In this document: piece by piece, positions 32,436 to 41,453 of the stretch
Layout: every line of letters begins with the position of its first letter
Numbering within the stretch: the first letter of the stretch is position 1
From: a virus
Virus record (IMG/VR): IMGVR_UViG_3300020180_000017
Span: 8,552-72,551 of that record
Strand: one strand, 5' to 3'
Length of the DNA: 64,000 nucleotides
Translations under genes and position numbers: made by a program
Notes under the pieces: generated by a model
Database searches by the model: none
Told to the model about the DNA's origin: nothing
Seen by the model: only the letters and a program-made list of their open reading frames with translations

Positions 32436-32756
32436 TTAATTTAAAAGGTTATTGATATTTTCTGTTGCTTGCTTTAACTTATTTAAAGTTATTTGAAATT
32501 TAATTAATTGATTATCTAACTTATTTATAACTGTGGAGGGTGAAGATTCAATTACTGGATTGTCTTTTTCTTTTTCTCCAGGAAACTCACTTAAACAGTT
32601 TTGAATAATTATGGTTGTACCAAGTACATCGTTTAATTGATCTACTTGATTTTCTAACACTCTACATATCTCAACAAACGCTGGAGATTGTTTATAAGGA
32701 ACTTCACCTAAAGTGCATGAAGGATCGTTTTGGAGATAGCAATTATCTATTTTCAT
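32436..32756 (-). CDS. Hypothetical coiled-coil protein
   Basis: 106-aa ORF in operon context. Confidence 0.6.
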   Translation of the reverse strand: MKIDNCYLQNDPSCTLGEVPYKQSPAFVEICRVLENQVDQLNDVLGTTIIIQNCLSEFPGEKEKDNPVIESSPSTVINKLDNQLIKFQITLNKLKQATENINNLLN

Positions 32757-32765
32757 AATTTTGTT

Positions 32766-32996
32766 TTAAAATGTTTTTGTTTTTACCTTAATGAAGTTTG
32801 GTACTTTTTGTTTTAAATTTGTTATTGGGTTTACTTCTATTATAAAACCATCTTGGAACTGGTCATGTCCTTTTAAATGTGCTTTGAGGTGCTTTTGCTC
32901 TCTCCTTTGTTCTTTTTTGGAGTCAAAGTCTTTTATCTTACCTCCAAAAGATCTTGTTTCAGAGGGTTTTCGATTTTTGTTTTGGTGAGTATTCAT
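32766..32996 (-). CDS. Small basic hypothetical protein
   Basis: Lys/Arg-rich ORF; likely start MNTHQ. Confidence 0.6.
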   Translation of the reverse strand: MNTHQNKNRKPSETRSFGGKIKDFDSKKEQRREQKHLKAHLKGHDQFQDGFIIEVNPITNLKQKVPNFIKVKTKTF

Positions 32997-33048
32997 ATTC
33001 TTATTTTGTTTACACAAATGTACAACTAATTTATTTAACATCGCCTAA

Positions 33049-34278
33049 TTAAAAACAAACATTAAAAAAAGTTAGGAGTTCTTCTTTTTGTAAATTAGAA
33101 ATATTAATATTTTTGTTCTTATTTAGAAATATCATCCATTCAGATACTACTTTATTTACTTTCCAACTTTCAAAGTAATTTACAATAGTATTTTTAAATT
33201 GCTCTAAGTCAAGTTCTACTGCTTCTAACTCATTATACTCTAACCATTTAAATATTCTATTTTTAAATCTTTCACATCCTTTATACCCGTCATCTTTCCA
33301 TTTTCCACCTTCAAAATAATGATTAATAAACATCAAATACATTCTTAATGTTTGAGGATCGTAATCTATGGGGTTTACTGTATTATTAAGTGACTTACTC
33401 ATTTTATTACCATCCTCTCCTAATATCATCCCTTGATGTATTACTTTAAGGAATGGTTCATCAAAATCTATGTAACCTATATCAAATAAAAATTTAGTTA
33501 TAAACCTAGCATATATGAGATGCATACAAGCATGTTCATTTCCTCCAACATACAAGTCAACAGGTCTGTTTTTATCATATTCAATAGTATAAAAAGAACT
33601 ATCAACAAATGTATCTAAAGTATCTTCTTCTCCATTTACAGGTATTGAACACCCCCATTTTCTTTGCCTACTTACACACCAATCAGTTAAGTTATGTAGC
33701 CAATGTATTTGTTGTTTTTTAGTTTTTTCTGGGTAATCTACTTTGTCAAGGTCATTAATCAATCTTTCTTTGTAATCTGTAATTTTAAAAAACCACTGAT
33801 TTAATTCTTTTTTAATTACTTCAGTATTGCATCTTTCACATTTTTTATCTTTTACTTGTTCTTTAGCTAAAACAGTTTCACATGAAATGCAATAATCTTG
33901 TTCTCTATTAGCCTTATAAGCTAATCCATGATCTAATAGTTTATTGAATAACCACTGAGTTCTTTCTTGATATTCTTTAGAATGTGTTGAAAGTTTATAT
34001 TCAAAAGAAGTATTCATTCTTTCCATTTCTTTTGAAAAAGCCACTATATTTTCTTCAGTTATTTCTTTTGGATCTCTATTTACTTTTTTAGCGTAATTTT
34101 CTGTTGGAAGACCAAAAGCGTCAAAACCAAAAGGTTGAAATATTTCATAGCCTAAATACTTTTGTATTTTACAATAACTATCTACAATAGAATAATTATA
34201 GTAATGTCCTACGTGAAGATTTGCTCCACTTGGGTAAGGAAACATTACAGTTACATACTTATTTTCTTTTTTTATCAT
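33049..34278 (-). CDS. leuS: Minimal leucyl-tRNA synthetase (class Ia) lacking editing and C-terminal domains
   Basis: MFPYPSG-x2-LHVGH (HIGH), FDAFGLP, CxxC...CxxC ZN1, DWCVSRQRKWG, DTLDTFVDSS, EHACMHLIYARF, KMSKS. Confidence 0.92.
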   Translation of the reverse strand: MIKKENKYVTVMFPYPSGANLHVGHYYNYSIVDSYCKIQKYLGYEIFQPFGFDAFGLPTENYAKKVNRDPKEITEENIVAFSKEMERMNTSFEYKLSTHSKEYQERTQWLFNKLLDHGLAYKANREQDYCISCETVLAKEQVKDKKCERCNTEVIKKELNQWFFKITDYKERLINDLDKVDYPEKTKKQQIHWLHNLTDWCVSRQRKWGCSIPVNGEEDTLDTFVDSSFYTIEYDKNRPVDLYVGGNEHACMHLIYARFITKFLFDIGYIDFDEPFLKVIHQGMILGEDGNKMSKSLNNTVNPIDYDPQTLRMYLMFINHYFEGGKWKDDGYKGCERFKNRIFKWLEYNELEAVELDLEQFKNTIVNYFESWKVNKVVSEWMIFLNKNKNINISNLQKEELLTFFNVCF

Positions 34279-34289
34279 AATTTATTTTG

Positions 34290-34600
34290 TTGTTTACATA
34301 ACTCCGTTTATCCCTGCAAGTGTTTTCACTTTGGGTTAAAGATTATTAGAGTAATAACATAATCTTTAAGTTAACCTATAAACTCCCACACCCCTGTTTC
34401 GACTTTATTAATTCTTGGGAATTAAGTCTGTGTTTTATGTGGAGGAATACGCTTTTTCCCAAGAATTACTTGCAGGGCATTGTTGTGACGGTAACACAGA
34501 GCAACTATTTTACGTATCCTATACCAGTAAGGCCAAGTTTCCACTCCTTACTGAGTTTATAATAACTATCTTTTATTGACTCTAGGACTAAAAGATGGAA
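34290..34600 (-). ncRNA. Structured leader / ncRNA upstream of leuS
   Basis: Multiple complementary pairs: CCCTGCAAGT/ACTTGCAGGG, AATTCTTGGGAA/TTCCCAAGAATT, TCTGTGTT/AACACAGA, CAGTAAGG/CCTTACTG, ATCTTTTA/TAAAAGAT. Confidence 0.55.
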
Positions 34601-34611
34601 AAAACCCGAAT

Positions 34612-34642
34612 AAAAAAAACCCCTTGTATTTCTACAAAGGGC
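34612..34642 (-). terminator. Intrinsic terminator within the leuS upstream region
   Basis: GCCCTTTGTAGAAATACAAGGGG followed by T8 on the minus strand. Confidence 0.75.
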
Positions 34643-34760
34643 TAATTTAGACAGGAGATTGAGAATACAGTTGTTACACTGTAAAGATATGAAATTTATT
34701 TTAATTACTAATTATATTTTTGCACTAACTCCTGTCTAAGAAGCATTTTGCTTTACATAA

Positions 34761-34792
34761 CAAATGTATACTTTTAATTAATATCCACCAAA
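34761..34792 (-). promoter_or_regulatory. Bacteroidota primary-sigma promoter
   Basis: TTTG-N20-TACATTTG matches the -33/-7 consensus TTTG...TAnnTTTG. Confidence 0.7.
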
Positions 34793-34810
34793 TTTATTTG
34801 TATTATTTTA

Positions 34811-34888
34811 CTACTTAATAATTCCTCCTAAAGTTGTAGTAATCCATAAAGGAAGGTGAGTTGAGCTTAATGTTATAGTGTATTTCAT
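34811..34888 (-). CDS. Putative leaderless 25-aa peptide MKYTITLSSTHLPLWITTTLGGIIK
   Basis: ATG lies 4 nt downstream of a TATATTTG -7 box (34893-34900). Confidence 0.35.
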   Translation of the reverse strand: MKYTITLSSTHLPLWITTTLGGIIK

Positions 34889-34904
34889 ACTGCAAATATA
34901 CAAC

Positions 34905-34937
34905 AAAAGAGGGGCCAGTATAGAAATACTACCCCTG
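34905..34937 (-). terminator. Intrinsic terminator ending the fibre-gene operon
   Basis: AGGGGTAGTAT-TTCT-ATACTGGCCCCT followed by CTTTT. Confidence 0.65.
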
Positions 34938-34958
34938 AAAAACAAAACAAAACAAATT

Positions 34959-36122
34959 TTAAGGATAATTTATGTAAAAACTCTTAATATCCGACTTAGG
35001 TACGCCAACACAAGGATAAGATTCTACCCTAATAGTATGATAACCTTTATTTAAATTTAATAGAGAGACACTTGCAGCCACTTGAGGTTGTGCAGGTGAC
35101 GTAATCAAGATATTATCTAAATACACTCTAAATGTAGTTTCTACACTTGTCCACGAAGTTGTTGCAACGTCATTAACTATTACTGGTGTATTAACTACTA
35201 TAGAAGAGCATCCAGAAGTTACTGAAAGAGACGTAGTTGTAGAGCCAAAAGTTACAGAAGCTACTGACCCACCATTGTTACAATAAGCTTGTATTTTAAG
35301 CCAGTAAGGTGTTGATGGGGATAATTCTGAGAATGTAGCAAAAGGTACAACAAGGTTAGCTTGAGTTGATCCTGGAACTAGTACAGTTAATCCTGCATCA
35401 GTGTAGAGAGAAACAGTCCAAGTAGTGTTATTACTACCAGAAACCCAAGTATAAAATAATGAAGTAGATGTAATACCTATTGCAGTTACACCTGTTATTT
35501 CACTGCAATTAGATAAAGAAGCTACACAATTTAATACAGATGTGCAAAATCCAGGAAGAGCAACTAAGTAGTTTAAAGCACATTGCCAGTCTATTGTTGC
35601 TTGTATTTTTTCGTTAAAACCTGTATTTACTTTTGAAAAAGTAATGCATTGAGTGCTTAACAATTTATCAAATAAATAGCTTGTAGTTGTATCTGTTGCA
35701 GATATTTTAACTTTTTCATCAGGTGGAGTTGATACAGCTCCAGTTGCAGTCACTTGTACTTTTTCAATTCCTGAAACTGTTATAGGACTTAATAAAATAC
35801 CAGTACCAGCAGTTAACATTGTTGAAAGATACTCTGGTGTTGCATCAGAATTGTCTCTAAGTACTTTTCCTTTATAAATGTTATAATCACATTTCCAAGA
35901 TTCTAATTTTCCAACAAGATCATACAGAGTTTCATTTGTTTCAAAATCAAGACAAGTAAAAACTATATTAGTGCCATTTACACTTTTTTCTTTTAACTGT
36001 ATACAGCCAAATGGAAGTTCATTGTCACATCCCATTATAGAATAGTCAGGAAGATTACAAGTGCATAGATTATCACATTGATCACATCCACATTTATTGC
36101 AAGGATTTGTATTAACACACAT
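34959..36122 (-). CDS. Cys-rich fibre/structural protein with FN3-like domains
   Basis: Repeated KV..D.T..YL fibre segments; FN3-like LSPSTPYWLKIQAYC. Confidence 0.6.
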   Translation of the reverse strand: MCVNTNPCNKCGCDQCDNLCTCNLPDYSIMGCDNELPFGCIQLKEKSVNGTNIVFTCLDFETNETLYDLVGKLESWKCDYNIYKGKVLRDNSDATPEYLSTMLTAGTGILLSPITVSGIEKVQVTATGAVSTPPDEKVKISATDTTTSYLFDKLLSTQCITFSKVNTGFNEKIQATIDWQCALNYLVALPGFCTSVLNCVASLSNCSEITGVTAIGITSTSLFYTWVSGSNNTTWTVSLYTDAGLTVLVPGSTQANLVVPFATFSELSPSTPYWLKIQAYCNNGGSVASVTFGSTTTSLSVTSGCSSIVVNTPVIVNDVATTSWTSVETTFRVYLDNILITSPAQPQVAASVSLLNLNKGYHTIRVESYPCVGVPKSDIKSFYINYP

Positions 36123-36133
36123 ATTATATTATT

Positions 36134-36739
36134 TTAAGGGAGAATTGGATTACAAATATCTATGGCTGTATAACCAACAGGTAAACAACTGCCTGAAACA
36201 ACACCTTTTAAGTAAAGAGTGTGGTTACCACTTGGGTTGTTTATTTTAACTTCTGGAATAAAAGAACCTATAGTTTTTAAAACTAAAAAATACTCATTAA
36301 AGTTAGTACTAATAATAGATCTTACTGCCGTAGCTTTTAATCTGTAATTGTTAAGATTGTTAATAGCGTTTGCTAGAGTGTTAGGTGTCAAAGTATTATA
36401 ATTAATTGGTGCTATAGCCGACAGCACATTATTAATTATAACACCTGTAAATGTATAATTAGTATTGTTTAAATATCCATAAACGCCATTAATAGCGTCA
36501 AGAAATAATAAACTCCAATCCACTATATAACAAGCGGAAGGTAAATTGGTTATTGTGACACAAGCAGAACTTGCTGCTGCATTACCAGATATATTTGTAT
36601 ATGTGATTTCTGTAGCAGCATCATTAATATAAAGGGTCTCTCCAAAAATACCAGTCATTACATGAGCTGTACCTGTTAAAATGTAGCGAATTTCTACACT
36701 ACCTGTTGTTCCTGTTACTGTAACTACACATGAAGGCAT
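36134..36739 (-). CDS. Putative virion structural protein
   Basis: Beta-rich, Thr/Ser-rich, 201 aa, in the fibre cluster. Confidence 0.5.
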   Translation of the reverse strand: MPSCVVTVTGTTGSVEIRYILTGTAHVMTGIFGETLYINDAATEITYTNISGNAAASSACVTITNLPSACYIVDWSLLFLDAINGVYGYLNNTNYTFTGVIINNVLSAIAPINYNTLTPNTLANAINNLNNYRLKATAVRSIISTNFNEYFLVLKTIGSFIPEVKINNPSGNHTLYLKGVVSGSCLPVGYTAIDICNPILP

Positions 36740-36749
36740 AATAATTTAT

Positions 36750-37241
36750 TTAAGGGCAAGCGTCTATTTGTGGTTTAACATAGAGACCATTAGGCCATTT
36801 TCCTGTGATAAATGTAAGTTTTAATTCTATCTTATCTACATAACCTGAAGGCATTCTTAAGCTAATTACATATTGACGACTAGAGTTATTAGCAGTGGAT
36901 GTTAAAAAGCTATTTGTTATTCCAGCTACATTCATAAATCCTGGTGGTGGAAAAACTAATATTGAAGCAGAAGGTGACATTAAAAAATCTATAGGAAAAG
37001 AAACTCCACTAATAATAACAGAATCAATTCTAGCTCCATCTGTAGGGTCATAAAAATTTACATCTGCATCATCCAAAGAAAAATGAAAACTTGCACAAAC
37101 AGGTGCTGGAACATTAAAATCCAAGCAATCAGAATTTATATCAAGACCACCACTATTTGTAATAGATAGTAACTCTACGTCTTTTGGTAAATAAACACAT
37201 TCTCCTGGTTTTATTGTTATTGTTTGGATATTTGTTGTCAT
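36750..37241 (-). CDS. Putative virion structural protein
   Basis: 163 aa in the fibre cluster. Confidence 0.5.
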   Translation of the reverse strand: MTTNIQTITIKPGECVYLPKDVELLSITNSGGLDINSDCLDFNVPAPVCASFHFSLDDADVNFYDPTDGARIDSVIISGVSFPIDFLMSPSASILVFPPPGFMNVAGITNSFLTSTANNSSRQYVISLRMPSGYVDKIELKLTFITGKWPNGLYVKPQIDACP

Positions 37242-38452
37242 ACTAATACATTATTTATTGTGTTAACTGAATATACTATTACTACTTCTCCAGTTCCGCT
37301 GCCTACGCATACTTTACAAACAGGGCAAGAAGGATCGTTAGTAAAATAAGTTCTGCATTCACATATAACACAAGTCAGCCCCGGCCCAGCCATAGTAACT
37401 TTTAAACATAATGTTAATGGCTTAGTAGTATTAAATGGAGTTATATCCAATTCAGGGCTAAATCCATTTTGAACTACGTTTAATCCTGTGTAAACTCTTT
37501 CATGACCAAATTCATCGTTGATAGTTAAAGTAGACAGTGTGTCAACAAAACCTGTTGGAATAAATGTACCCATAACAGATGTGTAATGAAGTGTAATTCC
37601 TGTACCATCTTCGTTAATGGCTACTTCAAATCCAATTTTAATATCTTCACATTTAACTTTACAAGCACAAGCTTCTAAAGCTGTTAGTCTATTTAAAGCA
37701 CTGCATATTGCAATCCACTGATTATTATCACTATCTGCTAATGTAGTAGGAGCTTGAATAAAGTTAGCGTCTCCTATAAAAGAAACATTAAGATTAGAGC
37801 ATTGTCTACCTATTGCTGTATCTATTTGTACTAAAGAACCTACTTTGTTTTTATAAGTGCAATAATTGGTAGCTAATAAGTTTACTGCTTGTGATAAAGG
37901 CTGTGCTGTATATACACAAGAGCTTAATACTGGCTCTGTATATATTGGAATAGCGTCTATTTGACTTTGTAAGCTAATTATTGTTCCTCCAATGCTACTC
38001 AATTGCAATTTATGTGTGCAAGTTTCATTTATTAATACTTGCAATATTGATTGCACGGTATAAGTGACATTACCAAAAGCATCCGCTACACTTAAACATT
38101 TTAAATCCAGAGCTAAATTGGTATCATTTAAATCATCAATTCTTTTATTGATTCCGTCAATAAGTTCTTTTAAAGAACAATCATTATCAATTAATAACTG
38201 TAAGTAAGTAGCAATGTTCTTATTGCCGGGTTCTTGTATATTAAATTGGTCTAAAAGACATTGAGTAGAGATAGAAGATATGTCCATTGGAGTTGTTAAT
38301 TGACATATCTTATCAACTATAACACAAATGATTTGATTTATGTAATCTCCATTATATACGCCTATACAAGGAATATCTGGCCCATCATACTTAATACAGT
38401 TAGTGTATGAAGTGATGCAATCCCTTTGTTTTTCTCTTTTATTAATAGGCAT
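37238..38452 (-). CDS. Cys-rich fibre protein
   Basis: CIKYDGPDIPCIGV motif, short coiled coils and many Cys. Confidence 0.55.
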   Translation of the reverse strand: MPINKREKQRDCITSYTNCIKYDGPDIPCIGVYNGDYINQIICVIVDKICQLTTPMDISSISTQCLLDQFNIQEPGNKNIATYLQLLIDNDCSLKELIDGINKRIDDLNDTNLALDLKCLSVADAFGNVTYTVQSILQVLINETCTHKLQLSSIGGTIISLQSQIDAIPIYTEPVLSSCVYTAQPLSQAVNLLATNYCTYKNKVGSLVQIDTAIGRQCSNLNVSFIGDANFIQAPTTLADSDNNQWIAICSALNRLTALEACACKVKCEDIKIGFEVAINEDGTGITLHYTSVMGTFIPTGFVDTLSTLTINDEFGHERVYTGLNVVQNGFSPELDITPFNTTKPLTLCLKVTMAGPGLTCVICECRTYFTNDPSCPVCKVCVGSGTGEVVIVYSVNTINNVLV

Positions 38453-38687
38453 TATTTAGTTCTTTTATTTTGGAAAAATCACATCCTTTAGTTATTTCAC
38501 AAGCATCTTCGTAATTAATATAATCACTATTTTCCAATAAATTAATTAAAAGGCTATACTCTTTTATTTTTAAATCTCTATCTTCAAAACTTGCACAAGT
38601 TATCATGTAATCATTTTCTATTTTTTCGTCTGTAAGTATAGAAACAATTTTACATTTTAATTTAGCAAGAATAGCAGCCTTGTCCAT
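38442..38687 (-). CDS. Hypothetical structural-module protein
   Basis: 81 aa, overlapping both neighbours. Confidence 0.55.
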   Translation of the reverse strand: MDKAAILAKLKCKIVSILTDEKIENDYMITCASFEDRDLKIKEYSLLINLLENSDYINYEDACEITKGCDFSKIKELNNAY

Positions 38688-39204
38688 GTTGATTTAATTT
38701 AATATTGACATCTTCGTATTTCTCCAATGCATCTTTAACGTCTAAACACTCTTCTGCTGCATATTTAGCAGCGTATAAAAGTTCTTTTATTTTATATAAG
38801 TCTTCTAATTTCTTATTAAATTCTTTTTTTGTAGTTACACATCTTTCTTTCCACAACTTACAATTTTCATTTAAGTACTTTTTAAATTGAGTGCAATTAC
38901 GAAAATGGTTAAATTCAACCATTAATTTTTCATTTGGAGCAACTGAGTATTTTATTTCGTAGTTACCATCAGGAAGATCATTATATTTTTCTGAAGAAGT
39001 ACTGCAACAAATACCCAGTGAAACACAATTAACAATTTTGGTAAATCCTGGCCTTACATCAAAAAATACAAAACAATCTGCTCCAGGAGGTTTTATTTCT
39101 AATATAGCATTAAATATATCAGATCCTTCGTTATATATAGAAGTGTCTCTAATGACAAGACTTCTACAATCAGTTCCAGTTATATCAACGTTTAGTATAG
39201 TCAT
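38662..39204 (-). CDS. Structural protein (tail hub-like)
   Basis: LPDGNYEIKYSVAP motif; position downstream of the auxiliary capsid gene. Confidence 0.5.
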   Translation of the reverse strand: MTILNVDITGTDCRSLVIRDTSIYNEGSDIFNAILEIKPPGADCFVFFDVRPGFTKIVNCVSLGICCSTSSEKYNDLPDGNYEIKYSVAPNEKLMVEFNHFRNCTQFKKYLNENCKLWKERCVTTKKEFNKKLEDLYKIKELLYAAKYAAEECLDVKDALEKYEDVNIKLNQHGQGCYSC

Positions 39205-39208
39205 AATA

Positions 39209-39252
39209 GAAAAAGGATAGTAGGTATTATCTACTTACTATCCTCTTTTTTT
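39209..39252. terminator. Hairpin terminator, possibly bidirectional
   Basis: AGGATAGTAGGT-ATTATCT-ACTTACTATCCT flanked by A and T runs. Confidence 0.65.
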
Positions 39253-39264
39253 AATTTAATTATA

Positions 39265-41439
39265 TTACCAATTGATTACGCCCTCTCTTTTATTCAAAAC
39301 AATATTTGTTGAGGAAATTGCTTTAGCAAACATTTTTTCAAATGTACCAGAAGCTGCATCAGTTTCTTTAAAAATTACCAAAGGTTCGAATATTCTTGGT
39401 TGCTCTGCGAAAGTATTTACACCAGCTCTGCTTTCAACAAATTTAGTATAATACACTTTATAAAAAGCATTTCTATCCACTTGTGAAAGAACTTCTTGAC
39501 CCAGTGCTTCTCTAAATCTAGGGTTAACGTTCCAAGAACTTGCCCAATGGTATGCACTCCACTCAATCAACTTACGAATAACCCACTCACCACTTTGCCT
39601 ACGATACAGTTGCTCTTCTACATTTTTAATAACAGGCAGAGAACCTAACTTACAAGTATCAGGATAATTAAGCTCCCAAATAGCTTCCAAATGAGGTGGT
39701 TCATTTTCATAAAAATCTTGTGGATCAAAAGAACAATCTCCAAAAACTGTTTCAGGTACTTCAGCCTGAATAGTAAAACCACATTTTCTAGTTGGGTTAA
39801 CAGATACAACTTCAGGAACAACAGTCCAAACTTGACCGTCAAATGAACCAAGATTTGTGTAATCACCAGAATCAGTAGCCAAACAATCATCGGTAAGACA
39901 ACCATTAGACCATTGTTCTATTGTATATGTATCTTCGCAACCCACTGAACCACTTAATTTAAGAATAGTTCCAGATACTACATTAGGTGTAGTAGCATAA
40001 AAAGCAGTTAATTCAGATAATCTATCTGCATCATTACAGTCAGTACGTTGAAGAGTAACTTTTAATTTACGCTTAGTTTTATAAGCTGTTCCACAAACTG
40101 TCCATGCAATTGCTGTAGCAGCAACGCTGGGAGAACAACTTGCTTCAATCTTAACACCTACTATTACTGTATCAGACAGTAGAGCTACAACAACTGTACC
40201 TGTGGGTACTTCAAAACTAACTGAAGCAGTAGCACCACTCTGAGAGTTAAATCTAGCGTTAATTGGACTGTAAGCAGTGTATGCAGTAGCAATTGTACCA
40301 GCATAAGTTGCTTGAGCACCAATAGTAGATAAATTAGTAGAAGGAGTAATCGGACGAACAATTGTAATTGTATCCATTGCTGCTACAGCAGTGTATCCAG
40401 TAGGGCACACACCACATATAGATAGTAATACATCTTGTGTCGGAGTGAAATTACCAGCAGCTACATCACCACAATAAGTATATTGAGATTTACAATCAGC
40501 TCTACCAGTACGGGTTACCACACCTGCTACACCTGCATTTGTTTGAATTGCTTGCAATGCAGGAGTATCTCCATTATCACAAACTTCCAAACAATATTTA
40601 TTCCTTCTATTAGAGGGAGCAGAAAATGTTGCAATAGGAGCACTTGAATAACCACTACCTCCAGCAGTTATTGTAACAGCAGTAATAACGCCGTTAACAA
40701 CTGTAGTTGTACCAGTAGCACCAGTTCCATCACCTGTAAAAGTAACAGTACCAGAGGTATAACCAGTTCCACCATTTACTATAGTCACACTGGATACAGC
40801 AGTACCTGTAACTACAGCAGTACCAGTAGCTTGAACTGAAGGAGCACTATAAAGATTAGAAACAAAACGAGCTTTTACGCCAACTTGTTTCAGCTCTATT
40901 TCATCGTTGATTAATTTAACAATAGCTTTTGTGTGTAGTTCACAGTCCAAAGTAGTATCTGGACAAGTGGCACAATCTTCTCCACAACAACCAGTGTTGT
41001 AAGAAATAATCTTTTCAAGAGGTTTACCAAAGTACCTAAGTATTGGAGAACCCTTCAAATAAATTTTAAGAACGTAATTTTTATCGCATTCATACTTAAT
41101 TCCAAGAGAATCACTTGCACCTGAATAGCCAATAGATAGTTTATTTGAACGTGTAATCTTTTGAGCATTACTCACTTCAAAATTAACTACATCCTTCACT
41201 TTAAAGAAGGTGCTTTTTTCTGAATCTTTCAAACCAGAAACGTCTCCGATAGAATCATATTTGCGAGTAGATCCCATAGCAAAGAAAATTTCTTCTCTAG
41301 GGCTGGGTGAGCTAACTACGCTATAATTATTTCTACTGTAAAGACCAAGTTGGCCTGGGGCAATGTCATTGACATGGCCTGATGTTGCAATTCCTGAATT
41401 AACTACAAACACAGGAAAATTGTACTCTTGATTATGCAT
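39265..41439 (-). CDS. Major structural protein (auxiliary capsid-like) with inserted GxGY beta repeats
   Basis: 724 aa, downstream of the MCP block; VTIVNGGTGYTS / VTITAGGSGYSS repeats. Confidence 0.6.
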   Translation of the reverse strand: MHNQEYNFPVFVVNSGIATSGHVNDIAPGQLGLYSRNNYSVVSSPSPREEIFFAMGSTRKYDSIGDVSGLKDSEKSTFFKVKDVVNFEVSNAQKITRSNKLSIGYSGASDSLGIKYECDKNYVLKIYLKGSPILRYFGKPLEKIISYNTGCCGEDCATCPDTTLDCELHTKAIVKLINDEIELKQVGVKARFVSNLYSAPSVQATGTAVVTGTAVSSVTIVNGGTGYTSGTVTFTGDGTGATGTTTVVNGVITAVTITAGGSGYSSAPIATFSAPSNRRNKYCLEVCDNGDTPALQAIQTNAGVAGVVTRTGRADCKSQYTYCGDVAAGNFTPTQDVLLSICGVCPTGYTAVAAMDTITIVRPITPSTNLSTIGAQATYAGTIATAYTAYSPINARFNSQSGATASVSFEVPTGTVVVALLSDTVIVGVKIEASCSPSVAATAIAWTVCGTAYKTKRKLKVTLQRTDCNDADRLSELTAFYATTPNVVSGTILKLSGSVGCEDTYTIEQWSNGCLTDDCLATDSGDYTNLGSFDGQVWTVVPEVVSVNPTRKCGFTIQAEVPETVFGDCSFDPQDFYENEPPHLEAIWELNYPDTCKLGSLPVIKNVEEQLYRRQSGEWVIRKLIEWSAYHWASSWNVNPRFREALGQEVLSQVDRNAFYKVYYTKFVESRAGVNTFAEQPRIFEPLVIFKETDAASGTFEKMFAKAISSTNIVLNKREGVINW

Positions 41440-41453
41440 TTTTTTAGATTTTT

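Noticed and set aside
34290-34760. T-box riboswitch upstream of leuS
   Set aside because: No T-box consensus (GGTGGnACC) or specifier stem was recognised.
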